A stretch of DNA of 64,000 nucleotides from Gammaproteobacteria bacterium (GCA_017425245.1 JAFOOX010000053.1:84349-148348); one strand, 5' to 3'; positions 50,801 to 59,302 are shown, numbered from the stretch's first letter. Notes: generated from the letters alone by a model not told the origin. Made by a program: numbers and translations.

Positions 50801-53146
50801 GTCATGCAGGCTGCCGGCCCGACGTTGGCGCTCATCCATCAACTGCTGTTTGTGGGCCTCGAAGGTTTCAACCAGCTCATCACGCTTGGCCAGAATGTCG
50901 CCCAGAAACTGTTCATGGTCGCCGAACTGGCCTTCCAGTTCCTCCAGTTGCACCAGCAGCCGCGACAGTTGTTCATCGCAGCTTTCCGGGCTGGTGGCCA
51001 GTGCCAGCGCGTTGGTGATGCCCTGGCTGAACAGCTTGAACTGGGCGCCGAACTGGGCCACGGTCTCGGCCGAGCCCAGCCCTTTGCGGCGTTGTTCGGC
51101 CCGCGCCTTGGCCTGGTTGAGGCGGGCATAAACTTCCGAGATCCCCTCCACGATGCGGGTGCGCTGGGTGGCATCATCAATCGGCAGCGATGCCATCAGC
51201 GTCGACAGCATGTCGAGGTCGGCCGCCATCGCCGCCAGCGCCTGCAGCGGTTCGTTGAGCTGGCTGACGCTTTGCGCCGCTTGCGCCTGAGTGTCCAGTT
51301 GCTGCAGGCGGGTAACCAGCGGGGCTAAGGCAGCATCGCTGGCCAGATAAGCCGAAGTGGCGGTTGACAGCTGCTGGTGAGCATCGACCAGCGCCTGTCC
51401 CATGGCGTCGATGCGGGCGACATCAATGTAACGGTAGTCGCGAATGGTTAGCAGCAAGCCGCGCTGGGCGGTGATGGCGTTGAGGTCGTCCACATAGTGC
51501 TGAACGCTGTCGCGGCTGGCGCTGCCGAGTCGGTCCAGCAACGTCTGCTGGCGCTGCTCAGCGTCGCGCATGGCGGCGGCGGACTGCTGGCGGATGCTCT
51601 CTACTTTTTCGAACTCGTCCAGCACCCGTTCGCCGCTGGCGGTGATCTCGCGCAGCAGCGGCGCCAGCCCGTCACACTCCGGATCGGTGAGCCAGTGATA
51701 GTGGTCGAACAGCTTGCGAGTGTTTTGGCACAGCAGCGTGTAACGGGCGACCGATACGTCACGGCCGTCGATATCACGGCAGAGGTTGAGCAGCTCTGAC
51801 AGCCCGCGTACCAGCTCGGCGTTGCTGACCCGGCCGAAAAAGCCGCTACGGCTGGGCTGGCGGGCGGCAAATTCATCGCTGTAGAACGGGGTCTGCCAGA
51901 TCTGCATCGGGTGGATGCGGGTCGGTTCGGTGCCCTCGGCCGCAAAGATCACCATGCGGCCATCTTCAAGGCGGGCAAAGCCGTGGCCAACCAGCGGGTT
52001 ATGCAGTTGACGATTGATCAGGTTGTAGGTGAAAAGCGCCGAACGGCCCTCTTCCGGGTGGTAGAAGACGTATTGCACATCTTCACCGTTGGGTGAGCGC
52101 AGGGTGCGCTTGAAGCGCATGCCGGTCATCGGCAGGTCGAACTGCTTGTACTCACCACTTTGCAGGTAGTAGCCACCGGGGAAGATGATGCCGTGGTCTT
52201 CCGGCAGCTGAACGCAGGCCTGGCCGATGGCGTCGATGCGCACCACCTGCCGGGTCAGGCCGTTGTAGACCAGATGGCGCCATTGCTCTTCGCGGTAGGG
52301 GAGGATGCGCAGCAGGATGAGGCTACCGAGCCGGGCATATTCGATCTGGGCATCGTCCAGCGATTGGGTCAGATCCTGCACCGCTTCGCGGTAGATCCCC
52401 TGGCCATCCTGGGTGTTGTTCTCAATCTTGACTGTCAGGTCGCCGCCCACGGTTTCAACAAAGACAGTGTCGAGAATATTGATGTGGGGGTGGCGGCCGT
52501 TGACCACCTGTTCACGGCCAGTCTTTTGCCATTCGAAATCGTAGGGAGCGGGCAGCGCGATGTCGCGCTCACCGCGATTGTCGATGTAGCGGATCTCGCC
52601 ATTGAGGGCGATCGACCAGCGGAACACCCGGATGTCACTGATCCGCTCGCCAATCTGGAAGCTGGCCAGCAGCTTGCCGTCGCGCACCACCAGCTGTAGC
52701 AGCCGGGTATTTTTGTAGTAGGTGTAGAGCTCGCGGAAGTCGTTCACGAAGCTCGGTTGATCAAGAAAACTGCCGGCCAGCGGCTGCGCTTCCGCCTCGT
52801 AGCCTTCGGCCTGTTCCACCAGTCGATAGAGGGAGAACACATCCTCGATGCGTGTCTCTTTTTTCAGCCCCAGAAAGACGTTGTAGCCGAACAGCAGGGT
52901 ATCGCCGACGCGCACGATGTCGCGGGCGCTGCAGTTGTTTTCGGTGCGGATCCGCACCCGGCCGATCACGGCCATCTGGCTGCTGCCAAAGGCGTCCAGC
53001 CGCTTCTGGTTCAGCCCGTCAGCCAGCTGGCGCAGGCGCAGCCCCTGCTCCTGCAGGCGCTTGCGCAGCACCTCATAGGCGCCGCCAGCAGCAACGGCCT
53101 GGTCGACAAGTTCCTCGGGCTGGGTGGCGTGGCTATCCGACATCAT
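47861..53146 (-). CDS. Giant (1761-aa) protein with a ~1250-aa largely helical/coiled N-terminal region and an internal AAA+ ATPase core. Walker A GYGKT is near residue 1297 and Walker B (hhhhDD) is VMLYVDDIQ.
   Basis: Single uninterrupted ORF with operon-consistent codon usage. P-loop LISPPGYGKTTLMEYV, Walker B MLYVDDIQ and sensor-like VVMAGNP. No N-terminal Walker A, so not SMC/RecN-like. Confidence 0.85.
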   Translation of the reverse strand: MMSDSHATQPEELVDQAVAAGGAYEVLRKRLQEQGLRLRQLADGLNQKRLDAFGSSQMAVIGRVRIRTENNCSARDIVRVGDTLLFGYNVFLGLKKETRIEDVFSLYRLVEQAEGYEAEAQPLAGSFLDQPSFVNDFRELYTYYKNTRLLQLVVRDGKLLASFQIGERISDIRVFRWSIALNGEIRYIDNRGERDIALPAPYDFEWQKTGREQVVNGRHPHINILDTVFVETVGGDLTVKIENNTQDGQGIYREAVQDLTQSLDDAQIEYARLGSLILLRILPYREEQWRHLVYNGLTRQVVRIDAIGQACVQLPEDHGIIFPGGYYLQSGEYKQFDLPMTGMRFKRTLRSPNGEDVQYVFYHPEEGRSALFTYNLINRQLHNPLVGHGFARLEDGRMVIFAAEGTEPTRIHPMQIWQTPFYSDEFAARQPSRSGFFGRVSNAELVRGLSELLNLCRDIDGRDVSVARYTLLCQNTRKLFDHYHWLTDPECDGLAPLLREITASGERVLDEFEKVESIRQQSAAAMRDAEQRQQTLLDRLGSASRDSVQHYVDDLNAITAQRGLLLTIRDYRYIDVARIDAMGQALVDAHQQLSTATSAYLASDAALAPLVTRLQQLDTQAQAAQSVSQLNEPLQALAAMAADLDMLSTLMASLPIDDATQRTRIVEGISEVYARLNQAKARAEQRRKGLGSAETVAQFGAQFKLFSQGITNALALATSPESCDEQLSRLLVQLEELEGQFGDHEQFLGDILAKRDELVETFEAHKQQLMDERQRRAGSLHDAAKRILDSLGRRTERLTEMAELNAFFAADPLILKLRELTARLRELHDSVKADDIEARLKGARDQAVRALRDKSELFEAGGNVIRLGPRHRFSVNTQELDLTLLPRGDQLCLHLTGTDYLEPVHEPQLEALRDFWQLSLESESPSLYRAEYLAGELLAAADEGRDGLTIDSLRTATADIDALTRLVRDFAAPRYREGYQKGIHDHDAALIISRLLPLRDAAGLLCHSPTARALAALFWHCEQQRSDSRHWPEQARTAHHMQQLFGQRQALNALQQQLEAAITQFVDTHQLATDHDSQQAAAHYLLAALANDAGAMVFSHYGRELVTTLQARLQQARVWDSYQQALRQLQGQLAAAWALVDHWLRALCSDPALAPLAHYIPEAVALTLLPDGYAARTSTVDLRFTISDLMGDHPRIQQQQLELAVDDLFARLRHHRQQFLPQLQQYQALRQQLISHHREQLRLSEFKPRPLTSFVRNKLINDVYLAVIGDNLAKQMGSAGDSKRSDLMGLLMLISPPGYGKTTLMEYVAHRLGLIFMKINGPALGHEVRSLDPAQAPDATSRQELEKLNLALEMGNNVMLYVDDIQHTHAEFLQKFISLCDGTRRIEGVWQGRTKTYDMRGKKFCVVMAGNPYTESGELFRIPDMLANRADVYNLGDTLGGMEEAFRLSYIENALTSNAVLAPLATRDMADLYRLVAKAEGKPFSANELSHNYSSAEIDEIVTTLQRLMQVRDLVFKVNQQYIASAAQADRYRTEPPFKLQGSYRNMNKMAEKISAVMNDAELQQLISDHYQGESQLLTAGAEENLLKLAELRGTMSAPQAERWAQIKRDFLRNKAMGGDDSDVGSKLVAQLHDLVGGVRTIGEQLQQPAEAAPAVDPIPWSELLERLTKIAHKTPQVTVNSAPPADLVPLLAQLANGLEQGFMPLVKTLERKVDLDLRAHHRLLKLAARLRDRHAAEPSALSDAEPVAADNGATDDGQPR

Positions 53147-53244
53147 GGTCTTCCTGAAGTTGCGGCAGCATCAATGGTGGCCCGACATGGGCCAGCCAGC
53201 TCAGAGTCGACCGGCACCTGCGCAGGTGCCGGTCTGTGGGTCGG

Positions 53245-55275
53245 TCAGAGCGCGCCGCCCTGATCGCCGGCCGTTTGGCTGGCGCCGGCCTTGCCGGTCA
53301 GGAAGCGGGCAACGATGTCCTGCACCACCGGGCTTTTGCCCACCACCCCTTCGATCGCCTTGCCCACCGACAGCGACTTGGCAAAGGAGTTAAAGAAGTC
53401 CCCTTCGCCACCGACGATCTCGATCTTGGCTTTGGCCAGCGCGGCAGAGAGCACTTCGGCCTGATCCTTGGCGATCTCTTTGTTGGCGGCGATGGCGGCC
53501 ATCGCCTCGTCGAAGCTCTTTTCCAGCTGCATGCGGAACTCTTCGTGCGCGCGGGCGTTGTCGCTGAGGGTATCGAGCGCGCCAAATTTCTTGGCCAGAC
53601 CTTCCGCTTCGGCGTTCAGACGCTGCAGCAGGATCTGCGCTTCGGCGCTGCCCAGATCCTGGGTGGCCTGGGCTTTGGCATGGCCGAGCTGCTCTTCGCC
53701 ACGGGCCTGGGCACTGAGCTTCTCTTCCAGCACTTTGGCTTCCGCCAGCCCCTCTTTTTCACGGGCGACGGCCTGGGCTTCAATGATGCGGGCTTGAGCG
53801 ACCCCTTTCTCCTGCTCGCCTTTGGCTTCGGCGATCAGCAGCTCCGCCTTGACGCGTGCCTCGGCCAAGCCTTCCTTCTCTTTGGCCAGCGCTGTGACTT
53901 CGCGGACACGCGCATCGGCCAGCCCGGGCGCGGCACGTTCGGCCTCGATCCCTTCGGCCATCCGCTTCTTGGCTTCGGCATCCTTGGCTGCCGCTTCCAG
54001 CTCGGCCTGGGCCAGGGTGTTGATCTCGGCGGCTTTGTGCTTCGACTTGGTTTCGTCGGCTTCGGCTTGTTTGACCTGGCGTACCAGCTCCTGCTCGGCC
54101 TCCGCCTGGGCGTTGATGATCGCCACCTGCTTGCTGCGGTCCGCTTCCGATACTTCGCGCACCTCTTTGATCCGCTCTTCTTCCTGGGCAACGGTCTTTT
54201 CTACTGCCACCCGCTCGCGGATCACGGCGGCGATGTTCTTGCGCTCCACTTCCAGCGCCTTTTCTTTCTCGATCCGCTGCAGTTCGACTTCACGCTCGCG
54301 TGAGACAACCTCCAGCTCTTTGGCGCGGGTAACTTTTTCCACCTCAATAACCACTGCCCGTTGGCGGTTTTGCTGGGCCACTTCCACTTCGCGCTGATGG
54401 TTTTCGGCGCGGATATCCAGCTCCTGCTGGGTCTGGATGCGGGCCTGCTCGGCCTTCAGCCGTTCTTCCTCTTGCACCTTGAGGGTCTCGGCCTGCTCAC
54501 GCGCCTGAATGGTCTCGATTTCGCGCTTCTGGCGCGCTTCGGCATCGGCTTGCTGGCGTTCCAGCGCCAGTGTCGCTTCGCGCGTTTCGACGTTTTTCTT
54601 CTTGATCGCCAGCTCTTCGTTACGCTCCAGCTCGTTGGTGATGACGTTCTGGGCCGCAGTCAGCTCGGTGATCTTGCGAATCCCCTCGGCGTCGAGAATG
54701 TTGGTCGGATCGAGGGAGTTTTTGGGGGTTTGCTCAAGGTAATCGATGGCGACATCTTCCAGCACATAACCGTTGAGATCGTTGCCGATCACCTCGACGA
54801 TGCGGTCGCGGAAGCTCTGGCGCTCTTCAAACAGCTGCACAAAGTCGAAGCGCTTGCCGACGGTTTTCAGCGCCTCAGAGAACTTGGCGTTAAACAGCTC
54901 GTTGACTGCGCCGCGATCGGAGGCCCGTTCGGCACCGATCGCCTTGGCTACTTTGAGCACATCCTGCTGGGTTTCGTTGACCCGCAGGTAGAAGGCCACA
55001 GTGATGTCGGCGCGCAGGTTGTCGCGGCAGATCAGGCCATCCTTGCCGCGGCGGTCGATCTCCAGGGTGATCAGGGAGATCTGCATGAACTCCTTCTTGT
55101 AGATCACCGGGTAGACCAAAGCGCCGGTAAAGTGGACCTTGGGCTGGGTCGACATGTCGTTGACGATCAGCGCGGTACCCTGTGGCACCTTGATGTAGAA
55201 GGCTTTGAACAGGGCGAAAAAGCCGAACAGGAGCAGAAAAAACAGCCCCAGACCCATCAGGAATGGCATCACCAT
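53245..55275 (-). CDS. Flotillin-family SPFH/Band-7 protein (YqiK-like) with an extended Ala/Glu/Lys-rich coiled-coil
   Basis: N-terminal TM followed by an SPFH domain (..VPQGTALIVNDMS.., ..ITLEIDRRGKDG..), then a long EA-rich heptad region typical of flotillins. 676 aa from ATG 55275. Confidence 0.85.
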   Translation of the reverse strand: MVMPFLMGLGLFFLLLFGFFALFKAFYIKVPQGTALIVNDMSTQPKVHFTGALVYPVIYKKEFMQISLITLEIDRRGKDGLICRDNLRADITVAFYLRVNETQQDVLKVAKAIGAERASDRGAVNELFNAKFSEALKTVGKRFDFVQLFEERQSFRDRIVEVIGNDLNGYVLEDVAIDYLEQTPKNSLDPTNILDAEGIRKITELTAAQNVITNELERNEELAIKKKNVETREATLALERQQADAEARQKREIETIQAREQAETLKVQEEERLKAEQARIQTQQELDIRAENHQREVEVAQQNRQRAVVIEVEKVTRAKELEVVSREREVELQRIEKEKALEVERKNIAAVIRERVAVEKTVAQEEERIKEVREVSEADRSKQVAIINAQAEAEQELVRQVKQAEADETKSKHKAAEINTLAQAELEAAAKDAEAKKRMAEGIEAERAAPGLADARVREVTALAKEKEGLAEARVKAELLIAEAKGEQEKGVAQARIIEAQAVAREKEGLAEAKVLEEKLSAQARGEEQLGHAKAQATQDLGSAEAQILLQRLNAEAEGLAKKFGALDTLSDNARAHEEFRMQLEKSFDEAMAAIAANKEIAKDQAEVLSAALAKAKIEIVGGEGDFFNSFAKSLSVGKAIEGVVGKSPVVQDIVARFLTGKAGASQTAGDQGGAL

Positions 55276-55386
55276 TTCAAGACTTATCACTCTCAATCTC
55301 CTTTGATTTGCGCGGGTCAACCACTGGCCCGGCCATGATCAGAACAACATTCCGTTATGGCGCTGGCAGGCAACGCCGGTGCAGTC

Positions 55387-56031
55387 TTAGCTGCCGTTAA
55401 ACTCTGCTTCTGTCACCACCCGATAGGCGTGTTCATCGGCCAGATACTCCAGTAGCACCACCCGGTCGCCACGCTTGAGGGCTAGCCCGTCATCTGCGCG
55501 GATCCGCAGGATCAGCCCGGCACCACCATCGTTGAAATCGGCCTCGCCATGGCGGGTGCTGACCGAACTACTGCGCACTATGGCTATCTGGCCAATGATC
55601 GAGCGGCTGTCAGTGGCCTGTAGCTTGTGAAACAACGGGCGTAACGGCCTGACCAGCACCCGGGCCGGTGCTGCAGCCAGCAGCAGGCTGGCCGGGATCA
55701 GCAGCAGGCCGAGGGGGTAGCGCAGGATGCCAAGCGGCAGCCAGCGCAGCAGTAGCAACTCGGCGAAGTAGCAGAGGATCCAGGCAAAGAAGAACAGCAG
55801 GGTGAGCACCAGCGTCACCGGCACGCCATTGAGCCCCAGCTTCATCAGCAGACCGGCCAGACCTTCTGGCTGCAGGCTGTCACCTTCCAGTGCTGAATCG
55901 ACCTCGATATCCAACAGCTCAACCTCGACCAGCCCTAAGGCTGCAACCAGCCAGTAGAGGATGGCGATGCACAGCAAAAAGCTGAGCACCACCACCGGAA
56001 AGGCCATCGAGGTTTGCAGAAATAGTTCCAT
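55387..56031 (-). CDS. NfeD-like membrane protein (YqiJ-like) with a C-terminal OB-fold
   Basis: Multi-TM N-terminal half and a soluble C-terminal beta-rich domain (..GQIAIVRSSSV..GGAGLILRIRADDG..GDRVVLLEY). It is the canonical partner gene of flotillins. Confidence 0.7.
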   Translation of the reverse strand: MELFLQTSMAFPVVVLSFLLCIAILYWLVAALGLVEVELLDIEVDSALEGDSLQPEGLAGLLMKLGLNGVPVTLVLTLLFFFAWILCYFAELLLLRWLPLGILRYPLGLLLIPASLLLAAAPARVLVRPLRPLFHKLQATDSRSIIGQIAIVRSSSVSTRHGEADFNDGGAGLILRIRADDGLALKRGDRVVLLEYLADEHAYRVVTEAEFNGS

Positions 56032-56085
56032 GACTGATATCCGTCTGCTCTGCGTTTGCAGGCGTGGCCGGGCCCCGCCCATCCG

Positions 56086-56781
56086 TTACCCCTGCTTGCG
56101 CGCCTTCAGCCGGGCCAGCACGCTGTCGGCAGCGGCACTGTCGGACACGATCCCGGCTGCCCGCAATTTAACGTCCAGCTGGTCGTCCGGGGTACTGGTG
56201 GCGGCTAGTTCAGCCGCAGCTTCCATGCGCGCGCCGCGTTCGGCCTGCTTTTGTTTGATCCTCTCCAGCGACTCTACTGCGGTGTGCAGGCTGGCCTGCG
56301 AGCCGCCATGGCGTTGGGCCACCGCCTGCTGTGCTTTCTGCACGCTTTCAGTGGCTTTGACCGTATCTACCTGCTGCTTCAGCCGTTTGATGTTGCCTTC
56401 CGCTTGGGTGACCGCTTTGCGCAGCTGGGCGACGCTGGCGGCAAAGGCTTCCGCTTGCTCCCGTTCACTGGCCTGCTCGTTCTCAAGGGCGGCGATCTTC
56501 TCGGCTACCTCATGGGCCAGCGTTTCATCGCCGCTGTCCAGCGCCTTGATGGCGTACTGCTCATATTCGGCAATGCGGGCGCTGCACTTGTTTACCCGTT
56601 CATCTGCCAGTTTCTGTTTGGCCATGATGCCCGCCAGCGCCTCTTTGGCTTGGCGCAGTTCTTCGTCGGCATCGCGGATCTCCTGGTCGAGAATGCGCAG
56701 CGCCTGGCTGTCGACCATGGCTTCACCCACTTCATTGGCGCCGCCACGCAACGCCGTCAGCATTTTGCTCCACACGTTCAT
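56086..56781 (-). CDS. PspA/IM30 (Vipp1/ESCRT-III superfamily) protein, YjfJ-like
   Basis: 231-aa all-helical coiled-coil protein with a PspA_IM30-like N-terminus (MNVWSKMLTALRGGANEVGEAMVD..). Confidence 0.8.
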   Translation of the reverse strand: MNVWSKMLTALRGGANEVGEAMVDSQALRILDQEIRDADEELRQAKEALAGIMAKQKLADERVNKCSARIAEYEQYAIKALDSGDETLAHEVAEKIAALENEQASEREQAEAFAASVAQLRKAVTQAEGNIKRLKQQVDTVKATESVQKAQQAVAQRHGGSQASLHTAVESLERIKQKQAERGARMEAAAELAATSTPDDQLDVKLRAAGIVSDSAAADSVLARLKARKQG

Positions 56782-56794
56782 TGCATCTCTCCTG

Positions 56795-57415
56795 TCAGAT
56801 ACTGGCCTTGAGGAAGTTCTCGTAGGCCTCGGTCGCCTTGATCACGTTGTCGGCCAGCAGCTCAATTTCAAACACCACATCGCTGAGGGTCGAGGCCGAG
56901 CTGAGGGCGCCAAACATGCTGTAGTAATCCTGGCCGTCGGCCCGCTGCTCCAACCCGATGGAGGAGAGCGGGAACAGCTTGTGGCTGCGTAGCACCTCGT
57001 CATTGAAGCGGGCGCTGTCAGTGACAGCTGACGCTGGCCACAGCATCGCTTCAACGACGATCTGCTCGCCGTAAACGCCCATGAACAGCGGCAGGTCGCC
57101 GTAGTCATGCATGGTCAGGTGGAGGCTGGCATCAGCCCCCTGAATCAGTTCAAGGCTGGCTTGACCGCTGCTGATCAGTTCGGTGCCGGCCAAGGCGCTG
57201 CACAGGGTCTGTGCGGTCCAGATGGGCGTCATGCTCATTGCCTCCGTCATCTCCGGTGACACCAGCCCGGTTCGCGGCTGGCGTAGTTTGCGCTCAAGCG
57301 CCAGCAGGTGGCCGGCATGCTCGGGCAGGATCCAGACCTCTTTCTTGACCAGCCCCTGCTCACGCAGACGTTGGCGATAAAGGCGCTGGTAATGTGCTGA
57401 TGATTTTGTGTCCAT
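56795..57415 (-). CDS. YjfI-like (DUF2170-type) cytoplasmic protein, tentative; first gene of the operon
   Basis: Its position immediately upstream of a PspA-family gene mirrors E. coli yjfI-yjfJ. The family assignment is from memory, not computed. The track ORF begins at TTG 57451; ATG 57415 is preferred. Confidence 0.4.
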   Translation of the reverse strand: MDTKSSAHYQRLYRQRLREQGLVKKEVWILPEHAGHLLALERKLRQPRTGLVSPEMTEAMSMTPIWTAQTLCSALAGTELISSGQASLELIQGADASLHLTMHDYGDLPLFMGVYGEQIVVEAMLWPASAVTDSARFNDEVLRSHKLFPLSSIGLEQRADGQDYYSMFGALSSASTLSDVVFEIELLADNVIKATEAYENFLKASI

Positions 57416-57429
57416 GTGCAGCAGCCTAG

Positions 57430-57467
57430 TTGTTACATGTGATGCTGTCAATTGGTTACATGTGATG
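57430..57467. promoter_or_regulatory. Two direct copies of GTTACATGTGATG (each with a palindromic ACATGT core), 22 bp apart, overlapping the region just upstream of the operon start codon
   Basis: ttgttacatgtgatg at 57430-57444 and ttggttacatgtgatg at 57452-57467, read directly from the sequence. Confidence 0.45.
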
Positions 57468-58006
57468 TTTTTTGTGTCGGCATAGACAGCCGTCCACGCC
57501 AGTTGCTGAGCGACAATTCGCCACAGCGGCTGCCAGCCTGAGCTGTGCGCTGATAAGGGGGGAATAACGAGGCGATGACAGGCGTGGTCATGGAGTCACA
57601 TCCTTGTGCTCATTGTAGCTGGCGGCCTTGCCAAGAGAGCGGAGCGCCATGATGCCACAGCGATCAGCTTTGGTCATCGCTTAATCGGTAACGGTGTCTG
57701 CCGGATCACAAGATCTGCGTCACCAGCGCTGAGGCTGCACGGGTGATGGTGCATGGCGCGCGGCGCTCTTGGTGCGAACGAGCGGGGGGCTTGCCCCCGC
57801 GCTATGAAATTCTGAGCCATGGCAGTGAGCTGCTCAGCGGTCACTGGCACAGCCTTTGAGTAGCGTCCCCCAGAGTCAGTGCGGTATTGCTACCGGCTGG
57901 CAGGGCACAGGCGCTCAATCGACGCGGTTTTACCGCTGGAGATTGGGCGCTTTTTTTATGCCCGCTTGTCAGCCAAAGCGGTCATGAACAGAGCCCGCCA
58001 GTGCCA

Positions 58007-58777
58007 TCAGAAGTGCGACTTGAGGATCAGGCTGAACACGCTTTGGTCGGTGTTGAAGGCCTTGCTATCCTTGACGCCGTACTTGTTCGACCAGTAGCTG
58101 TACTCGGTGCCGACCAGCACACGCTTGGCTTTCCAGCCGATCGCCTTGCTGACGTCATATTTAAGCTGCGGGTTGAAGTGCAGGTTGCTCTTGTAGCTGC
58201 CGTCGCTGTCGACGTTCCAGTCGATAAAGCCGTCAAAGATGATGTCTGAGTTGCCTGCCGGGAAGGTCATGGACCATACCGGGGTGATCTGGATGGTTTC
58301 GCCATCACGGCCATCACGCGGGAAGCGCTTGTAGACATTGAGCTGGAAGAAATCGAAGCCCGGGATCTTGAGGTCGAAGCCGGGGCCGACCAGCAGGGTT
58401 TCAACATCGCCTTCACCGAACTCATAGGTGGTGGCCAGCAGCACATCGCTGAACAGCGGGCCTTTGAACTCGGCATTGAAGATTTTGCCAATCGACAGAC
58501 GCGGGCTGAATTCGCCGTAGTAAGCGGAGTCGCCAGTCAGGAAATCTTCCTGGCCGTTGAACTCGGCGTAGTCAACGAAGGTGAAGAGGTCACCGAAAGC
58601 CCAGCCGCTGGCATGCTCGAAGGTGACAGTCTGCTGGATCGGCGGGTTGACCGCGTAGTTGGTGCCGTAGAGGTAGCTCAGGCTGGTGTCGGTCCAGTGC
58701 AGCAGGCCATCGGCAGCAACCGGGGTGGCGAGCAGGGCAGCGGAGAGGGCAAGGGCGCTAGCGTGTTTGTAGTTCAT
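58007..58777 (-). CDS. tsx: Nucleoside-specific outer-membrane channel Tsx/OmpK family
   Basis: Signal peptide (MNYKHASALALSAALLATPVAA) and a Tsx-like beta-barrel sequence ending in the aromatic residue F. Confidence 0.85.
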   Translation of the reverse strand: MNYKHASALALSAALLATPVAADGLLHWTDTSLSYLYGTNYAVNPPIQQTVTFEHASGWAFGDLFTFVDYAEFNGQEDFLTGDSAYYGEFSPRLSIGKIFNAEFKGPLFSDVLLATTYEFGEGDVETLLVGPGFDLKIPGFDFFQLNVYKRFPRDGRDGETIQITPVWSMTFPAGNSDIIFDGFIDWNVDSDGSYKSNLHFNPQLKYDVSKAIGWKAKRVLVGTEYSYWSNKYGVKDSKAFNTDQSVFSLILKSHF

Positions 58778-58883
58778 GACAGGCTCCTGGAAAAATTTGC
58801 GCAAGTGTAAGGAGATGCACCAGCGTTGACCAGCATTGGGATCAAAGGGCTGGCAGCTTGCCGTTACAGCGCATCCGCCGGGA

Positions 58884-59288
58884 TCAGCCACCCGCCGCTT
58901 TAGCCTTGAAGCCGCGCTCGTTGAGCAGCGCCACCAGCCGGTCGCGATGGTCGCCCTGCAGTTCCAGCTCGCCCTCTTTAACCGTACCGCCACCGCCAAG
59001 CTTGCCTTTGAGCTCCTTGAGCAGGGCGGCCAGCGCCTCATCGGCCAGCGGCAGGCCGCGCACCAGGGTCACCACCTTGCCGCCACGGCCATTCTTCTCA
59101 CGCATCACCCGCACCGCCTTGCCATCGGGGATGGCGCGGGCCGTGGGCGCTGGCGCGTCAATGCGGCCGCTGGCGGTGGAGTAAACCAGATCGGCACCCG
59201 TGGGGGCACTGGCGGTGGGCTCGGGCACCGGCTTGCCGGTGAGGGCGGCCAGCTCGGCGAGGCTGCCCAGTTTGATGTTTTTGCTCAT
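58884..59288 (-). CDS. yciH: SUI1/YciH-family translation initiation factor-like protein
   Basis: Strong similarity to E. coli YciH (LVYSTASGRID.., ..GGGGTVKEGELELQGDHRDRLVALL..KAAGG). Confidence 0.9.
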   Translation of the reverse strand: MSKNIKLGSLAELAALTGKPVPEPTASAPTGADLVYSTASGRIDAPAPTARAIPDGKAVRVMREKNGRGGKVVTLVRGLPLADEALAALLKELKGKLGGGGTVKEGELELQGDHRDRLVALLNERGFKAKAAGG

Positions 59289-59302
59289 GCGCGTGCCTCC
59301 GG

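Noticed and set aside
47861-53146. Considered calling the giant protein an SMC/RecN-type 'DNA repair ATPase'
   Set aside because: There is no N-terminal Walker A and no C-terminal ABC signature/Walker B split by a coiled coil. The only P-loop is internal at about residue 1297, so the SMC-like architecture does not fit.
48437-53263. Series of plus-strand ORFs (48437-49126, 49142-49690, 49802-50698, 50625-51131, 52160-52699, 52757-53263) opposite the giant ATPase gene
   Set aside because: They tile the antisense strand of one continuous 5.3-kb minus-strand ORF that carries Walker motifs. They are Ala/Gln/Leu-rich mirror translations and none has a family signature.
53236-55338. Plus-strand ORFs 53236-54303, 53468-53797, 53822-54397 and 54361-55338 opposite the flotillin gene
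   Set aside because: The flotillin EA-rich heptad region encodes open frames on the reverse strand (Ala/Ser/Leu-rich). The SPFH signature is on the minus strand.
55961-56992. 343-aa plus-strand Ser/Ala-rich ORF across the yqiJ-like/pspA region
   Set aside because: It is antisense to two genes with good family signatures and is extremely low in complexity.
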